In this document: one piece after another, positions 26,912-39,252 of the stretch | Position numbering within the stretch: position 1 is the first letter of the stretch | Layout: every line of letters starts with the position of its first letter | DNA from: Tricharina praecox | Lineage: Eukaryota | NCBI RefSeq assembly: GCF_024521635.1 | Contig: NW_026250411.1 | Coordinates: 124,001-188,000, forward strand | Length of the DNA stretch: 64,000 nt | Direction of reading: 5' to 3' | Made by a program: the position numbers and the translations under genes | The notes under the pieces: model-generated | Database searches by the model: none | What the model was told of the DNA's origin: nothing | What the model saw: only the letters and a program-made list of their open reading frames with translations

Positions 26912-28437
26912 TTGTACAGTACAGTACGGTATGGTACGGTACTGTACCTAGACTCTTCCCACTACCAACCACTACTATCACCACCACCACCAGCTGGAAT
27001 CGTAGGTATAAAGCATGTGCTCGTATCATAGACCTGTTATATCCACCTATATCACGCACGGCGACGCCGATATCCCCCTTTGGTGGTTTTCACGACAATC
27101 GTAGTGCACAGCACATGCCGTACGGTGCTAGTAGTTTTGCCTAGGTATCCATCCACGAAGGGCTCGTGTGTAGGAATCGTACCTGTACATACCTCATCCG
27201 ATACATTTGTGCACACAATCATTTCCCTCACCGTGAATTCCTACCGGATGTGGGAGAGGAGATGCCAAATCCATCCATCCATCCATCCATCCATCCATCT
27301 CAAGCGTAGGTACATCAGTAGATCTCCCTCAGGATCCGAAACTGCATGAGATACCCATCTACTTACATATATGCCGCGGGTAAGTTTCCTCCCCTCCCCT
27401 CCCCTCCCCTTCCCCCCACCACCTCCGACCTCACTTCCCCCCGACCCCCCCCGACCCCACCGACCCCTCGGGAATTGAATTGAATGCTAAGCGATCGGAT
27501 CGGACTAGTTAGATATATACCTATGTAGACTCTCCACGGAAGCGACATTGGAACGCCAATCAGTCGGATATCCGCTCGCTCGCAGGCCGCATCGGCTCAT
27601 CTTCCCTATGTTTGTATCTACTCCATGTACCAGGCGTTGGGGGCGTTGGGGGCGTTGGGGGCGACGACGACGACGACGACGATGAATGAATGATTGAATG
27701 ATTGATTGTGGGCGCTCCGCTGCTTCCGCCGCGAGATGATGGTTCGTATTTGCCAACAACTTCCTAGGTAGATAGCCAACATCCGTGGGCGGTGGATGGG
27801 TGGATCCTATCCACAGACACCTACCTACCGACCGCAAATCCCAACTCGTGCACATCCCAATCCAATATTCTCCGTTTACTTGGAGGGATTAACGACCTAG
27901 AGTACCTAGAGGTCTCAGGTGCGTGCGAGGAGACAGGGACAGAGACACAGGGCCGGTCAGAGGGCCGGACAGAACGGGCCGCCACCGGAGAGGCACATCA
28001 CAGCGCGGATACAGCGCCGACCACAAAGCTGCACCGGACCAGACCAGACCATGCGCCAGCCAGCAAGGACGGACAGTCGGCCGGTCGGTCGGTCGGCAAC
28101 CTCGAACGGAGTCCACGTCCACGGTGAAACCGTCGGTATGTAGAGTAGGTAGCATACTCTACTAGGTAGTTGCGATAGGTAGGGCCTGCCTTCCTCACTC
28201 ACTCACTCACTCATTCACTCACTCGCGTGGATCGAGAGTGGATCGGGAGGGACAGGCCTGCTTCGTCACATTTCGCAGAGACATCCACGATGCAGGTATC
28301 TGTCCGTCATCGTCGGTCAGGTTCACTGCCGCCGCTGATGTACCTCACGCATTGAAATGGGTGTTGAACATCCTAGGAGACGAGACGGCGGGTAGGTAAA
28401 CTGGTTGAGGGGGGGTGGAAAGAATGTTGAAGGGCGC

Positions 28438-28442
<5 letters not shown>

Positions 28443-28492
<50 letters not shown>
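28443..28492. repeat. (AG)n microsatellite
   Basis: About 25 units. Confidence 0.97.
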
Positions 28493-28497
<5 letters not shown>

Positions 28498-31400
28498 ATT
28501 CGTCTGTTGAGACGTAACGTGAGGCATCGAGTGTTGTGTGTGATACCTACAGTACCGCGGTGACTCGCTCGGGCAGCTCGGAATATCGGAGATTGAAGAT
28601 GATTGGGAGGCGCTGTGCATACTCTACATACATACACACATACATAGGGCTGTGTTGTTTGGGTCTGGGTCTGGGTTTGAGAACACAGCCGGCGAATGGC
28701 AAAGCACAATTGATGACTGGCGCAGTGTGTTACATTGAATACGGTGCGGACTCGTCATGGCAGCAATTGCGACGACGACGGCGACGCCCCTGTCGCGCGG
28801 CGCGCCGAGCAGCTCTGCAGACACCCCTCCAGAGTCCAGAGAGAGAGAGGAGAGCCCACGGGTTCATGCGGCGCGAATCAATAGGAACGCGTGGGCACGC
28901 CAAGGAGTTACCCGAAAAACGGTTCGAAATAACACACCTTAACTAAGACCCACGACACTGGCGTGCTTGACTAGTGCGTGGTGGTTAGCGCTAGCTGGGT
29001 AAGGGCGCCGAGGCGGAGCCGGGCGAAGGCGAATGTTGCAAGCTCCGATTTCCCAGCGCCCTGTTTATTGGTGGTGGTGGTGGTGGTTGTGGTTGATGAT
29101 GATGTCTCAGGTGCGACAGATAGCGAACACATCCGATTCGGGAGGTCTCGCCCACCGTCTCGTCTGCACACACACGGGTGGGTGGGTGGGTGGGTGCCTG
29201 CCTCGTCTCCGTCCACCCACTCACACCCCCCCCTTCCACCCCCAGCCGCTTGTTCGCTCGTTCCTGCTGGCTGCAGCAGACAGGAAGGAAGTGAAGGAAG
29301 TCGGTCCGTGTCGTCGCTCGTTGGACACAAAACTGCTTTGCTTTTCAGGCGACCAGTCAGGTCGCCCCGTCCTCCCCCCATTCCTCCTCCCCGCAGGTGG
29401 GATGTGATAGGTAGGGTAGTCCGCGACCGCAGCGAGCGCGAGTCGTCAGTCGTCAGTCGTCAGCCGGCCGGCCGGCCTCCCGACGATTGGAGATGATGGC
29501 TTGGGTACCCAGGGGCGTAATCAAATCTAGATGTTTCGTTTCCCTTGGGGATCGTTTGTGTTTTTTTGTCAACACGTAACCAACCATCCATGCTGTGAGA
29601 TGGAGTCATCTAGGAACACCTAATTCAGGCATTTCGAAGTCCGGCCAGCCAGCCAGCCCAGCAAGCCAGCCCAGCAAGCCAGCCCCCTCCAATAGGAAAC
29701 TTACTCCACTTAGCAAGGGGTGGGGGATGGATGAGCAACTCAGCAGAGCGAAAGAAAAAAAAGAAAGTGAGAAAAAAGCAGTTTCTTCTTGTTGCCTTCC
29801 CCAACTGAGTAAGTTCATAACCCCCAACCCAAACCCCAAACCCAACCCAACCCATCCCCATCCCCATTACCGACGGACCGACTTGACTGGCTGGCTGGCT
29901 GGCTGGGACGGGACTGGCCCCACGGGAAGGGAAGGGGAGGGAAGAGAAGGGAAAGGAACGGAAGGGAAAGGGCGCGCGAACATGTCATCGTCATCGACAT
30001 GGTGGAGGTGGTGCCGCCGCCGCACCGCACCCCGATGTCTTAGCCATGTATGCACCTTAGGTGCTTACCTAGTTCCAGCCGGGCGACGGACGGCGGACGG
30101 CGGGCGGTCGGACGGTTGGATGAACGGACGGTCGGACGACGGTCGGTCGGATAAGAGGTGGATGCGGTGCGCACATCAGCTGCGACGGGCAGCTGGGAGC
30201 GAACTTGCCCAGCCAACCACCGGACCCATCTCACTCTCCCCCCCGTCCCCGAAGTATGTAGAGCACATACTCTACATACACGCCTCATGCCCAACCTAGC
30301 AGTCGACGATGATCGTGTTCGATACTCTAGAGTACTCTACACGACCCCGCGGGGCCCTCCTGCACAGCACAAACAGCCGGCGGGCCCTATGTAGAATAAC
30401 CAGTACTATGGCTGACACGGCCTGCGGCACATAGATACCTGCTTAGCCACTCTACACACATATACGGCGCGCGCGCACAGGCCCGAAAGGGCTACCTATG
30501 TGCTCTATGTTTGGATGGGACGGATGGATTTGTATATAGAACCGCATGTAGGAAGGTCAAGGACCTATGACACCGCATAGCATGCATACTCTACGGTTGC
30601 AGCGGAGCCCCAGAGTGCTTCATGGGGACTAGGTACCTTATACATGTAGGTACCTCATGTAACTCCATGTAGCATCAGGCTGGCTGGTGACTTTCCGCGA
30701 TTCGATGGAGTTGCGGCAACTACCATCATAGATACATGGAGTCCATGCTTTCCCAGGTAGGCATGGCGGTGTTTTTTTCTCTCTTGCGGACCTAGCATAC
30801 CGGAGCGTCGTCGACTCGTCGTCGGCGGGAAGGATGGCCGAAAAAAGCCATCGTCGTCGTTAAGTCCGCCTAGAGCAGCGTAGCGAGAACCCGTCGAACA
30901 AAAAAAAAAAAAAACAGGTCCAGTCCAGCCCCGATAAACTACGGCATCCCTGTCATTTCCTATCCTGTCCTATCCTGTCCGGTCCTGTCGGTGGTGGGGG
31001 GGCGGGGAGGAACTTCGCGTGTCACCTCTAAGAAAGCGGAGGAGGAAGTGGAGGAGGAAGAAGCTTCATACGGCTGGGCTGGGCCAGGAAAGGAAGAGAA
31101 AAGGGAAAAAAAGAAAAGATGGCAGGGATGGATGACATGGAAGAAAACGCGGAGATGGTGGTTTAGCACGAACAAGACAAGAGACTCGAGACTCGAGAGG
31201 ACAAAGCAAGCAGGCCACCGCTGTGACAGGGGGGGGTCCCACGCGGAATTTGCGAGATCAAAAAGTCCAACACAAGTTCGTCTGTAGAACTCTAGACAGC
31301 GACTATGTAGATACGGTACTTGGTTAAACCGTAACTATCATGCCTAACTAGCGGACTGCCCAGAGTACCATACAGGCGAGGAAGGCACTCCGCTACTGCC

Positions 31401-34400
31401 CCTGAGCCTGAACCTGAACCTGAGCCGATGTGTCCTAACTGGGAACTTAGTTTCAGGTCACACCCGGAAGGATGGACGATTCACGAGGTTGCATGATTTG
31501 ATTTGTCGAGATGGACGGACGATGGGTATGGCAGTTGCGATGCTGCCGGTGGTGGTGACTGCAGACGCCTTGCTGAAGCCTGAAGGTGTAACGCCGACGC
31601 ACTTACTCTACCTGACGACAGCGACGGCAAAGCGAGAGCGGAGAGTGATTGCCGCGCTCTGACACTCCCTTTGCTGGCTGAGTGTAGAGCATGTATCAAG
31701 TTCTCGTGCATTGCATGCAGGTATCCACCACCACCAACTGCTGGATGGGCCTCTTCTCTTCAGGCCGTGTTGTTGTTATTGTTATTGCTGCCGTTGTTGT
31801 TATTATGGCTGTTGCATGTTGTTGCATGTTGTTGTTATTAATGTCGTTTTGCTTTTGACCAGAGCTGCGATGCCCACGGCCCACCACGGGCCATGGCCAT
31901 CACCGGCTGGCGAGCTCGCGAGTTCTGCATAACTTCTGCTTCGAAAACGGGCTGAAAAGGAAAAAAAGAAAGTAAAAAACACTCTGCAACGCGCGGCAGG
32001 TTCCACGATACTCTACTCTGCCTACATACTCTATGTTACTATCCACAGAGAACAGGTCTGACCGGAATTTCTCATCACGATTTCGTTTTGGGGGGCGTTC
32101 TCGTATTCCTTTTTGGTGGTGGTGGTGGTGATCTCGAAGACGGGCGCCTTTTTGCAGCCTCGATATTTACCCGTACTCCACCCGGTGCAACAAGAACAGG
32201 CCGCAAGCAAGCTCGCCGGAAATTTACCCTGTCGAACCGAACCGAAGGCATATCATCCAGATTCCATCGAAACCGATGCAATCGAATAACCTACATATAG
32301 TACTACATATCGAAAGCAACGCCCCATTTACCCATTCAACAACGATGGGGAGCAGCAATCAACCCGGGTAAGCGTTGGTTAACTACCTAGGTAGCTCCCG
32401 ATAAGGACGTCGGTAGTTACATAGAGGTTTGGAGGATAGAATAGAATAGGATAGGATAGGATAGGATAGCGAGAGAACGTTGCGCAGAGCTTGCTGTGAG
32501 ATATACCTAGAGAATCGGTGATGCCATTGCCATCTCGAGTAGAGCAACCACCTACCGACCCCAAAGGCCTCACCCGGAATCGGCTGGATGTTTGGACTCG
32601 CAATCCTAGCACGGGGAGTTTTGAATCTACTATTGGTACTCGTCGGGCGTCCAACCGCCGGTGGTGGTGGTGGATCCGTTTCCCTCCCTCCCTCCAAACA
32701 CTTCCGTACTGAGGCAGTAGACCCCCATACTCTAGGTACATCCGAGCGGCTGGAGAGAGCTCGACAGGAAAGCAGCTGAACCTGGTGACGCAGCGGGGGC
32801 GGCGGGGGCGGCCGAATGAAGGGCCGCCAGATGAGCATGTTTCTCGCAAAGCAGGAAACCGTTAAGGCATGTACTCCAGGTATGTAGAGATACCATGTAT
32901 GTATGGTCGATGCGCATCGAGCTGCTGTCTCTTTCCTGTGTTCCCCGGCTGGCGCACCCACTCTCACCGGAGATTTTCTTTCCAGAACGCACCACTAGGT
33001 ACAAGCGATCATCGCCTCTAGAGTGCGGTCGAGCATCTCTTCTTCCTTCTACCGAAAACAGGCAGAGTACCTAGGTCCCTACATACACACGTCGGGGGAG
33101 TATCTCCGTGAGTGTATGTGTGCGCATTGGATGCCCCCGAGGTGGGGAGCCATTTGATTCGCCGCTGCCATAACCTTCCTTCCTTCTGATGGGCCGATCG
33201 GTGCTCGCCTGGAACGGCTGTTGGCATCGATCACTCTGCCTGTATGTACATAGAGCATGTATGGAGGTATGCACTCAATTGGAGACGTTGCAGGTCCCGG
33301 GCCGCCTATATATGTGTGCATGTAGACGATGTGGTCGGTGCGGTGCGGATGCGGTGGAGGGAAGGAGCGGCCGGAGAGTAGTGGACAAGGTCCCGAGCGA
33401 TCGTATGGCGGCGTCTCCGGCCCGGCGGCTACTTCTAGATGTGCTGGGTGCCAGCCAGCCAGCGCGGGCCAGGGTGACAGGTGGGTTGGAGGGACCGAGG
33501 TGGGTGGTTAGGTGGTGGGTGCCGCTTACTCATTATGCCCCGGACCGACCTAGCGTCGGTCCTTCCAGCTGCAATGCGGCTGCGACGGAAACCTTCCATT
33601 TCAGGCTCACCAACTAAGTTAGGACATCATCAGCATCATCATCAGCAGCAGCAGCAGCAGCATCATCATGAGCGGCGCTCGCCGGCTAGAAGACACCACC
33701 ACCATCACCACCGAGCAAGCATCACGATAGTTGCCGCATGAAGGATCCCAGTCCGTCGCTCTCGCACGCCACGCCACGCTGTCGTGGTCGGTCGGTCGCT
33801 CGCTCTCGCCCCTCGTAGCGTAGCGCCTACATGCAAAATTCGAAATTTCCCCTTGGAGAGGGTCCAACAGACAAACAGCTTCCGAACACACCGAGGGAGC
33901 GAGAGGCAAATAAGTACTTTTAGTCTAGGTCCTTAGTTTAGTTACCGGTATGTACTCTACTCTAGGAGCACGGACGCACGTTCCAGAAAGGCTGCGTGAG
34001 GGGAGGGGGAGGAGGGGGGGAAAGTGTGGGGCATCGTATTTTTTTTTCCTGACACCAGATGCCCGGGACTATTAGTGGGCCAGCTAGCGCTCTCGGCCAA
34101 TCAAAACGGCCTCTGCGTTCGAATCCTGCGGGCATGGACATCCATGTTTGGCAGGGCTGTACGATAACTGCCGATACCGAGCTGCCAGGCCAGATCCCGG
34201 GAAGGGAACGAACGAGTCTGTACTCTATGTACATCTAGGTACTCTATCGTCAGCATAGGCATAGGGAGCCTGCTAGCCGCGGGTCAGGAACTGCAGGCGA
34301 ATCATGAACCTCCGACGCGGAGAGGCGTGCGCTTAATCCTGAAGCTGGGAGGGGGGGGAGGGGGGCGGAGGTACGAGGAGGCATGGGGGGAGGGGGACGG

Positions 34401-36666
34401 CATGCAATATAATAAGTGTCAACCATGGTAATAACAGCCAACTCATCACCAAAAGGGCATGTACCCGTCGTCGTCGTCGTCGGTCGGTCGGTCAGTTAGA
34501 TAATTGTCGGCTAATAACGATGAGGCCTGCGCACAGTGAGCCCAGAGTGCTTTAACTGCTTGTGAATATGGTTCATGTGCACTCTCTTCTCGGTGCTGTG
34601 CTCAGTGCTCGGTGCACCACAGTGGCCACAGTAGTTATCTACGCGCTCGCACGGTTTTCCGGACACATCCACTTTGCAGCCGGGAAGTGCGACGCCGCGT
34701 TCTGCATTGGTGCATGGGCGAGCAATCGCGATAATACTCTATATCGTCGGGCGTCGTCTTTGCATGCCCTTGCGGAATACGCTTTCTGTTCCGGGCCACT
34801 ACCTACCTGGTAGGTGGTGACTGACTTCCGCGGACCGCATGGAGGAGGAGGAGGCGGAGGCGGAGGAATAATAAGACGATCGCCACGTTCCAGCCCCGTC
34901 CTGCGCAACATTCGACTGTTTTGTCTCCACCATTCAAGGGGGGGGTGGGCACGGTAGGCAGGTGAGGGATCTAAAATCCGACAGATATGCAACTTTTTGT
35001 TCGTCAAACACGACACAACACAACAACACGACAAGACACGACACACGACACAGACAGCCGATGGGGCCGTGGCTCGTCGCACTAGGCATGGCTGGACGCG
35101 ACGGGGGAAGCTCCTTCCCGTCCGCGTTCGGAGAGGACAGCGGCAAATCAGGGTTTGCTTGCCTTCAAACAGACGTCTGCGATTTTTCATATTCGCCTGT
35201 GATAACATGTTGCTCGCTCCTTCGCTCCCTTGCTCCCTTGCTGCCTCGCTCTCTCGCTCCCGCGTCCCGTCCGGCCGTGTCCGTCCCCACGTCCGTCTTA
35301 TGGGCGGAGTTACATATGATACGTTTGGCGTACGTACGTACGCCAACTTGATCACGAAGCATGGAAGCCGTCGTTTGTGTATCATCGGATGCCGCCTTTC
35401 GCGATCCTTCCTTCCGACCAATATGGATGGATAGCGACCAGTGTCCCCAGAGCACTCCGTCTACCCAGGTAGGTACCTGTGTACATACTTGCTGCAGGTC
35501 ATGACACGATCATGGGGAAACAGCAAGTCGAGCGCTAACCAGCACCGTCATTCCAATCCAAAACCCTAGCTGATTCGACTATGGGCAATCAGCGCTCCGA
35601 ACATGTGTCCGAATCCACACACACGCAAGCAACCACGCACGCACTCACTCGCTCACCCACACATTTGCAGCAGCCAACAGCATACATCATCATCACCGTC
35701 GTCCACCTGAACCGCACGCAGAGGAAACCCCGTAGCCTGCCTGCCCGACCTGGTGGTCGTTGGAGGAGGGGAGGGGGGTGTCGTACCGGGACGAAGGAAC
35801 CAGTCATTTAGAGGTTTTGAGTCGGCATGGCGAAACGTTCGACTTGCAAGGGGCAGCGGCCAACCGCATATCTGTACTTACGGTGACATCCATGATGATG
35901 GACCGGAGCGCATGGGGGAGGAGGGATGGGGGAAATACCTACCTGCTCTACATACCGCACCGCACCGCGCCCCATCTCATACGGGCAGACGCCTATCCTT
36001 TGAGCAATTGTGAACCCTTGCGCGAGCCTTAGAGCGATCTGCAATGCAAGTTTCTGGGTATGTAGGGTGCTGCTGCTGCTTCTGCCCCACCAACCTTGTT
36101 CGTTCGGTCCTCGAGGGGAAGTGCGCAGCGTACATATCATACATACATGCTCTAGAGTAGTTACTCTACAGGTGGTGGTGGTTGTGAGGTTTCGTGGCGT
36201 CGCGGCCTGCTCGTCGGTTGCTCCTGCCGATAATGATAAGGCCCGACATGAACATTCCTTCCCCTCGCAGCAGCAGCAGCACCACCACCACCATGGCCAC
36301 CACCATGACCACCATCACTGGCCCTTGCACTACATTGCTCCGCCCGTTCCACCGACGACGCAGGCGAATCACTGGATACATCCGGGTATGTCTGACGCGA
36401 GTAGTGTGTATCATAGAGCATGTATGTAGAGGGTGTAGAGTACCTACATCAACCACGTACCGACCTTCTCTCCGCGGCGATGGCCTCGCTCGGTGATTAG
36501 GTTGTTGGGGTTGGCTCGCAGTCGCTAGTGGATCGCAACTCCGCCCGCCGCCGCCACGCACCTCAGCACGCGCTCCGGCCCTTGTGTGGAGTTAGAGTAC
36601 GTGAGAGGCAGAGAGAGAGAGAGTGTGTGTGGTCATGGCCCCACAGCTCATGATGGAATGGAATGC

Positions 36667-36847
<181 letters not shown>

Positions 36848-38259
36848 CTCGGCGCCCGCTCTCGCCCTTCCTTCCTTCTCCTCTTTCGCTCTGTCGTGAT
36901 CCGGCCTGGCTGGTGGATAGGTCTGTTCCCCACTCCGGCTACACACTACGGTATGCTAGGCAGTTGGTGCCTCCATTCTAGCTGACGTGAAGAATTCAAA
37001 GAGGAAGAAAGACGAAGAAGAAGAAACTTGCACTAGCGAGAGAGGTGGAAGTGCAAAGGGCAAAATGCAAAATGCAAAATGCAGCTTTGCTTTTTCCTTG
37101 CACTTTGGCTTTGCATCGTGAGTCGTCCGCCTGCCTGCAACCACCCTCTGCAGAATTCTAAGTTAGCCACCACCATCACCACTTACCAGCATCATCATCA
37201 CCACCACCACCACCACCGCACTTTTGCCCCAGCCGGCCTACAACATCCACCCCCTCCTCGCCTTAGCCAGTCATCCCCTCCCTCGTCTTCCTCATGCTAT
37301 ACCCCCCCGCCCCTCCCTTGTAACCTTGTCGTCGGCTCGACCGCGCACGTACCCACACAGAAATCTAGCTGCTGTACCAACAACCCGGCGTGGGTCCTTT
37401 CCTCCAACCAAACACCCTTGCCCGCACTCCAGACTATTTTTCCCGAGCCATCACCCATGTCCACCACACCCTCTCTTACATCAACCCTCTAAACGTCCCC
37501 CCATGTCCATGGCCCACCCTATCGACCTTTTGATACCTCCACGCTGCCCGCTCGTCAAATCACACCCTCCGCTTTCTGAATCGAGATCTCAGCTGCATGG
37601 CCTTTGTTCCCACTGAGTCTCATCCACCCTCCACACACCCCTCCCCCCTCCGCTAACCCCCCCTCCTAAAAGAAAAAAAAACCTACTCTAGCATATACAC
37701 ACATGCTGCTGCTACTGCTGCATCTTCCGCGCGCGCCCATGCACATCCATGCTTTCCGTCCGTTATGACCAGTTATAACGACGCGGCCCCTTCAAATTTC
37801 CGTACCGAATCCTGTCTCGCGGGATCGTCTCTTGCTTCATACATACATCTGCTAGTGTGTCGCTTTGCCAACCGCTGAGGAGGAAAGTGACCATGCGTTA
37901 CGTTGCCGTTCTTCCCCATGTGGTCTGACTTCGGGTAGTACTTATCGGGCATGGTCCCCTCGAGATCGATCTCTCCCACCCCCCCCCCCCTCCCCCACAC
38001 ACACCCACGCATACACAAAGATAGATATATTTGTAGACTTCCCTTCCATATTCACTTCATCGTCAACATCAATATTCGACTCGAGTCCATCCCCACCCAC
38101 CCTCAACCATTACTCACCACTCACCATCACCCACGACTCGACTACAACTCACTTCCCTCTTCTCCACCTCAAATAATCATCACACTGTATGCTCAATCAT
38201 TCTTCCAACCCTTCCGTGAACACTCCTCTGATCTGTATCCGTAGACACATTCATACAAC

Positions 38260-39252
38260 ATGGACTCAATGGCCTACACATATGGTTTCGATCAGAGCTA
38301 CGACGCAGAACGACAAGTCTACTACGACCCATCAATATACCACCCGGATGCCCCGCTGTTCACGCAGCAGGAGCTCGGTGGTTTCGAGCCAGCACAGTTC
38401 ACGCTTGACCAGATGACCGGAGTGGAGGATATGGATATGGGCATGGGAATGGGAATGGGAATGGGAATGGGAATGGCGTGGGAGCAGCAGCAGGAAAAGT
38501 CGATGGGCTGGGGATATGGTGATATGGCAGGGTACAACTTGCCCATGGAGTACCCGCAGATGACGGATTTCTACGGGGGGTGTTTCCAGGATGAGACCGC
38601 CGGGAGTTGCCAGACGAGCCCGTTCCAGACTCAGTTCCAACAACAGCAACATCAACAACAGCTACCGGCTTCGCCAATCACTCCGGCTGGCTCGCCGCTG
38701 CAGTATGCCAACCACTCGGCTCCTTCGGCTTTCCTGTTGGTGCCCGTCGAGAACAACAACGGCCAGTACCAGTACAGCGCCTACCAAGTCCCTATGGCCA
38801 GTGCCGACAACTACATCGGTCAGCTCGCTTACCAGAGCGGATTCGAGTCCCAGCACGCATCGCCATACACAGTTCCATCCCTGACGGCATCCCCAGTGTC
38901 TCAGTCCGCCCCAGCAGCGGAAGAGGTGGAGGAGGACGAGGAGGAGGAAGAAGAGGAGGACGAGGAGGAGGACGAGGACGAAGAGAAGGACGACAAATCT
39001 GTTCTGCCCAATTACGGAAACACCGAGCTGCGAGGCATGGGACTCTACGACGACACGCCGGACCTCATGTACTGTGCCACACCGGTCAATTGCTCACCAG
39101 TGACGCCCCACGACCAGCTCCGGCCAACACTTGGCCGAGGGCTCGTTCTCGAGCGCAGCTTCGGCCTGCCAGCCAAGATGATTAAGGACGAAGACAACAG
39201 CAGTGACATCCGCGACGATTCCTGGCGCACGCGCCGCGAGTCCGTGTATTAA
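38260..39252 (+). CDS. Intronless low-complexity protein (330 aa): Tyr/Gln/Met-rich, acidic tract, C-terminal GMGLYDD...GRGLVLERSF motif
   Basis: Strong ATG context (ACAACATGG), coding-like codon usage, and the only convincing ORF in 32 kb. The C-terminal motif resembles an uncharacterised filamentous-fungal family (from memory). Confidence 0.85.
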   Translation: MDSMAYTYGFDQSYDAERQVYYDPSIYHPDAPLFTQQELGGFEPAQFTLDQMTGVEDMDMGMGMGMGMGMGMAWEQQQEKSMGWGYGDMAGYNLPMEYPQMTDFYGGCFQDETAGSCQTSPFQTQFQQQQHQQQLPASPITPAGSPLQYANHSAPSAFLLVPVENNNGQYQYSAYQVPMASADNYIGQLAYQSGFESQHASPYTVPSLTASPVSQSAPAAEEVEEDEEEEEEEDEEEDEDEEKDDKSVLPNYGNTELRGMGLYDDTPDLMYCATPVNCSPVTPHDQLRPTLGRGLVLERSFGLPAKMIKDEDNSSDIRDDSWRTRRESVY

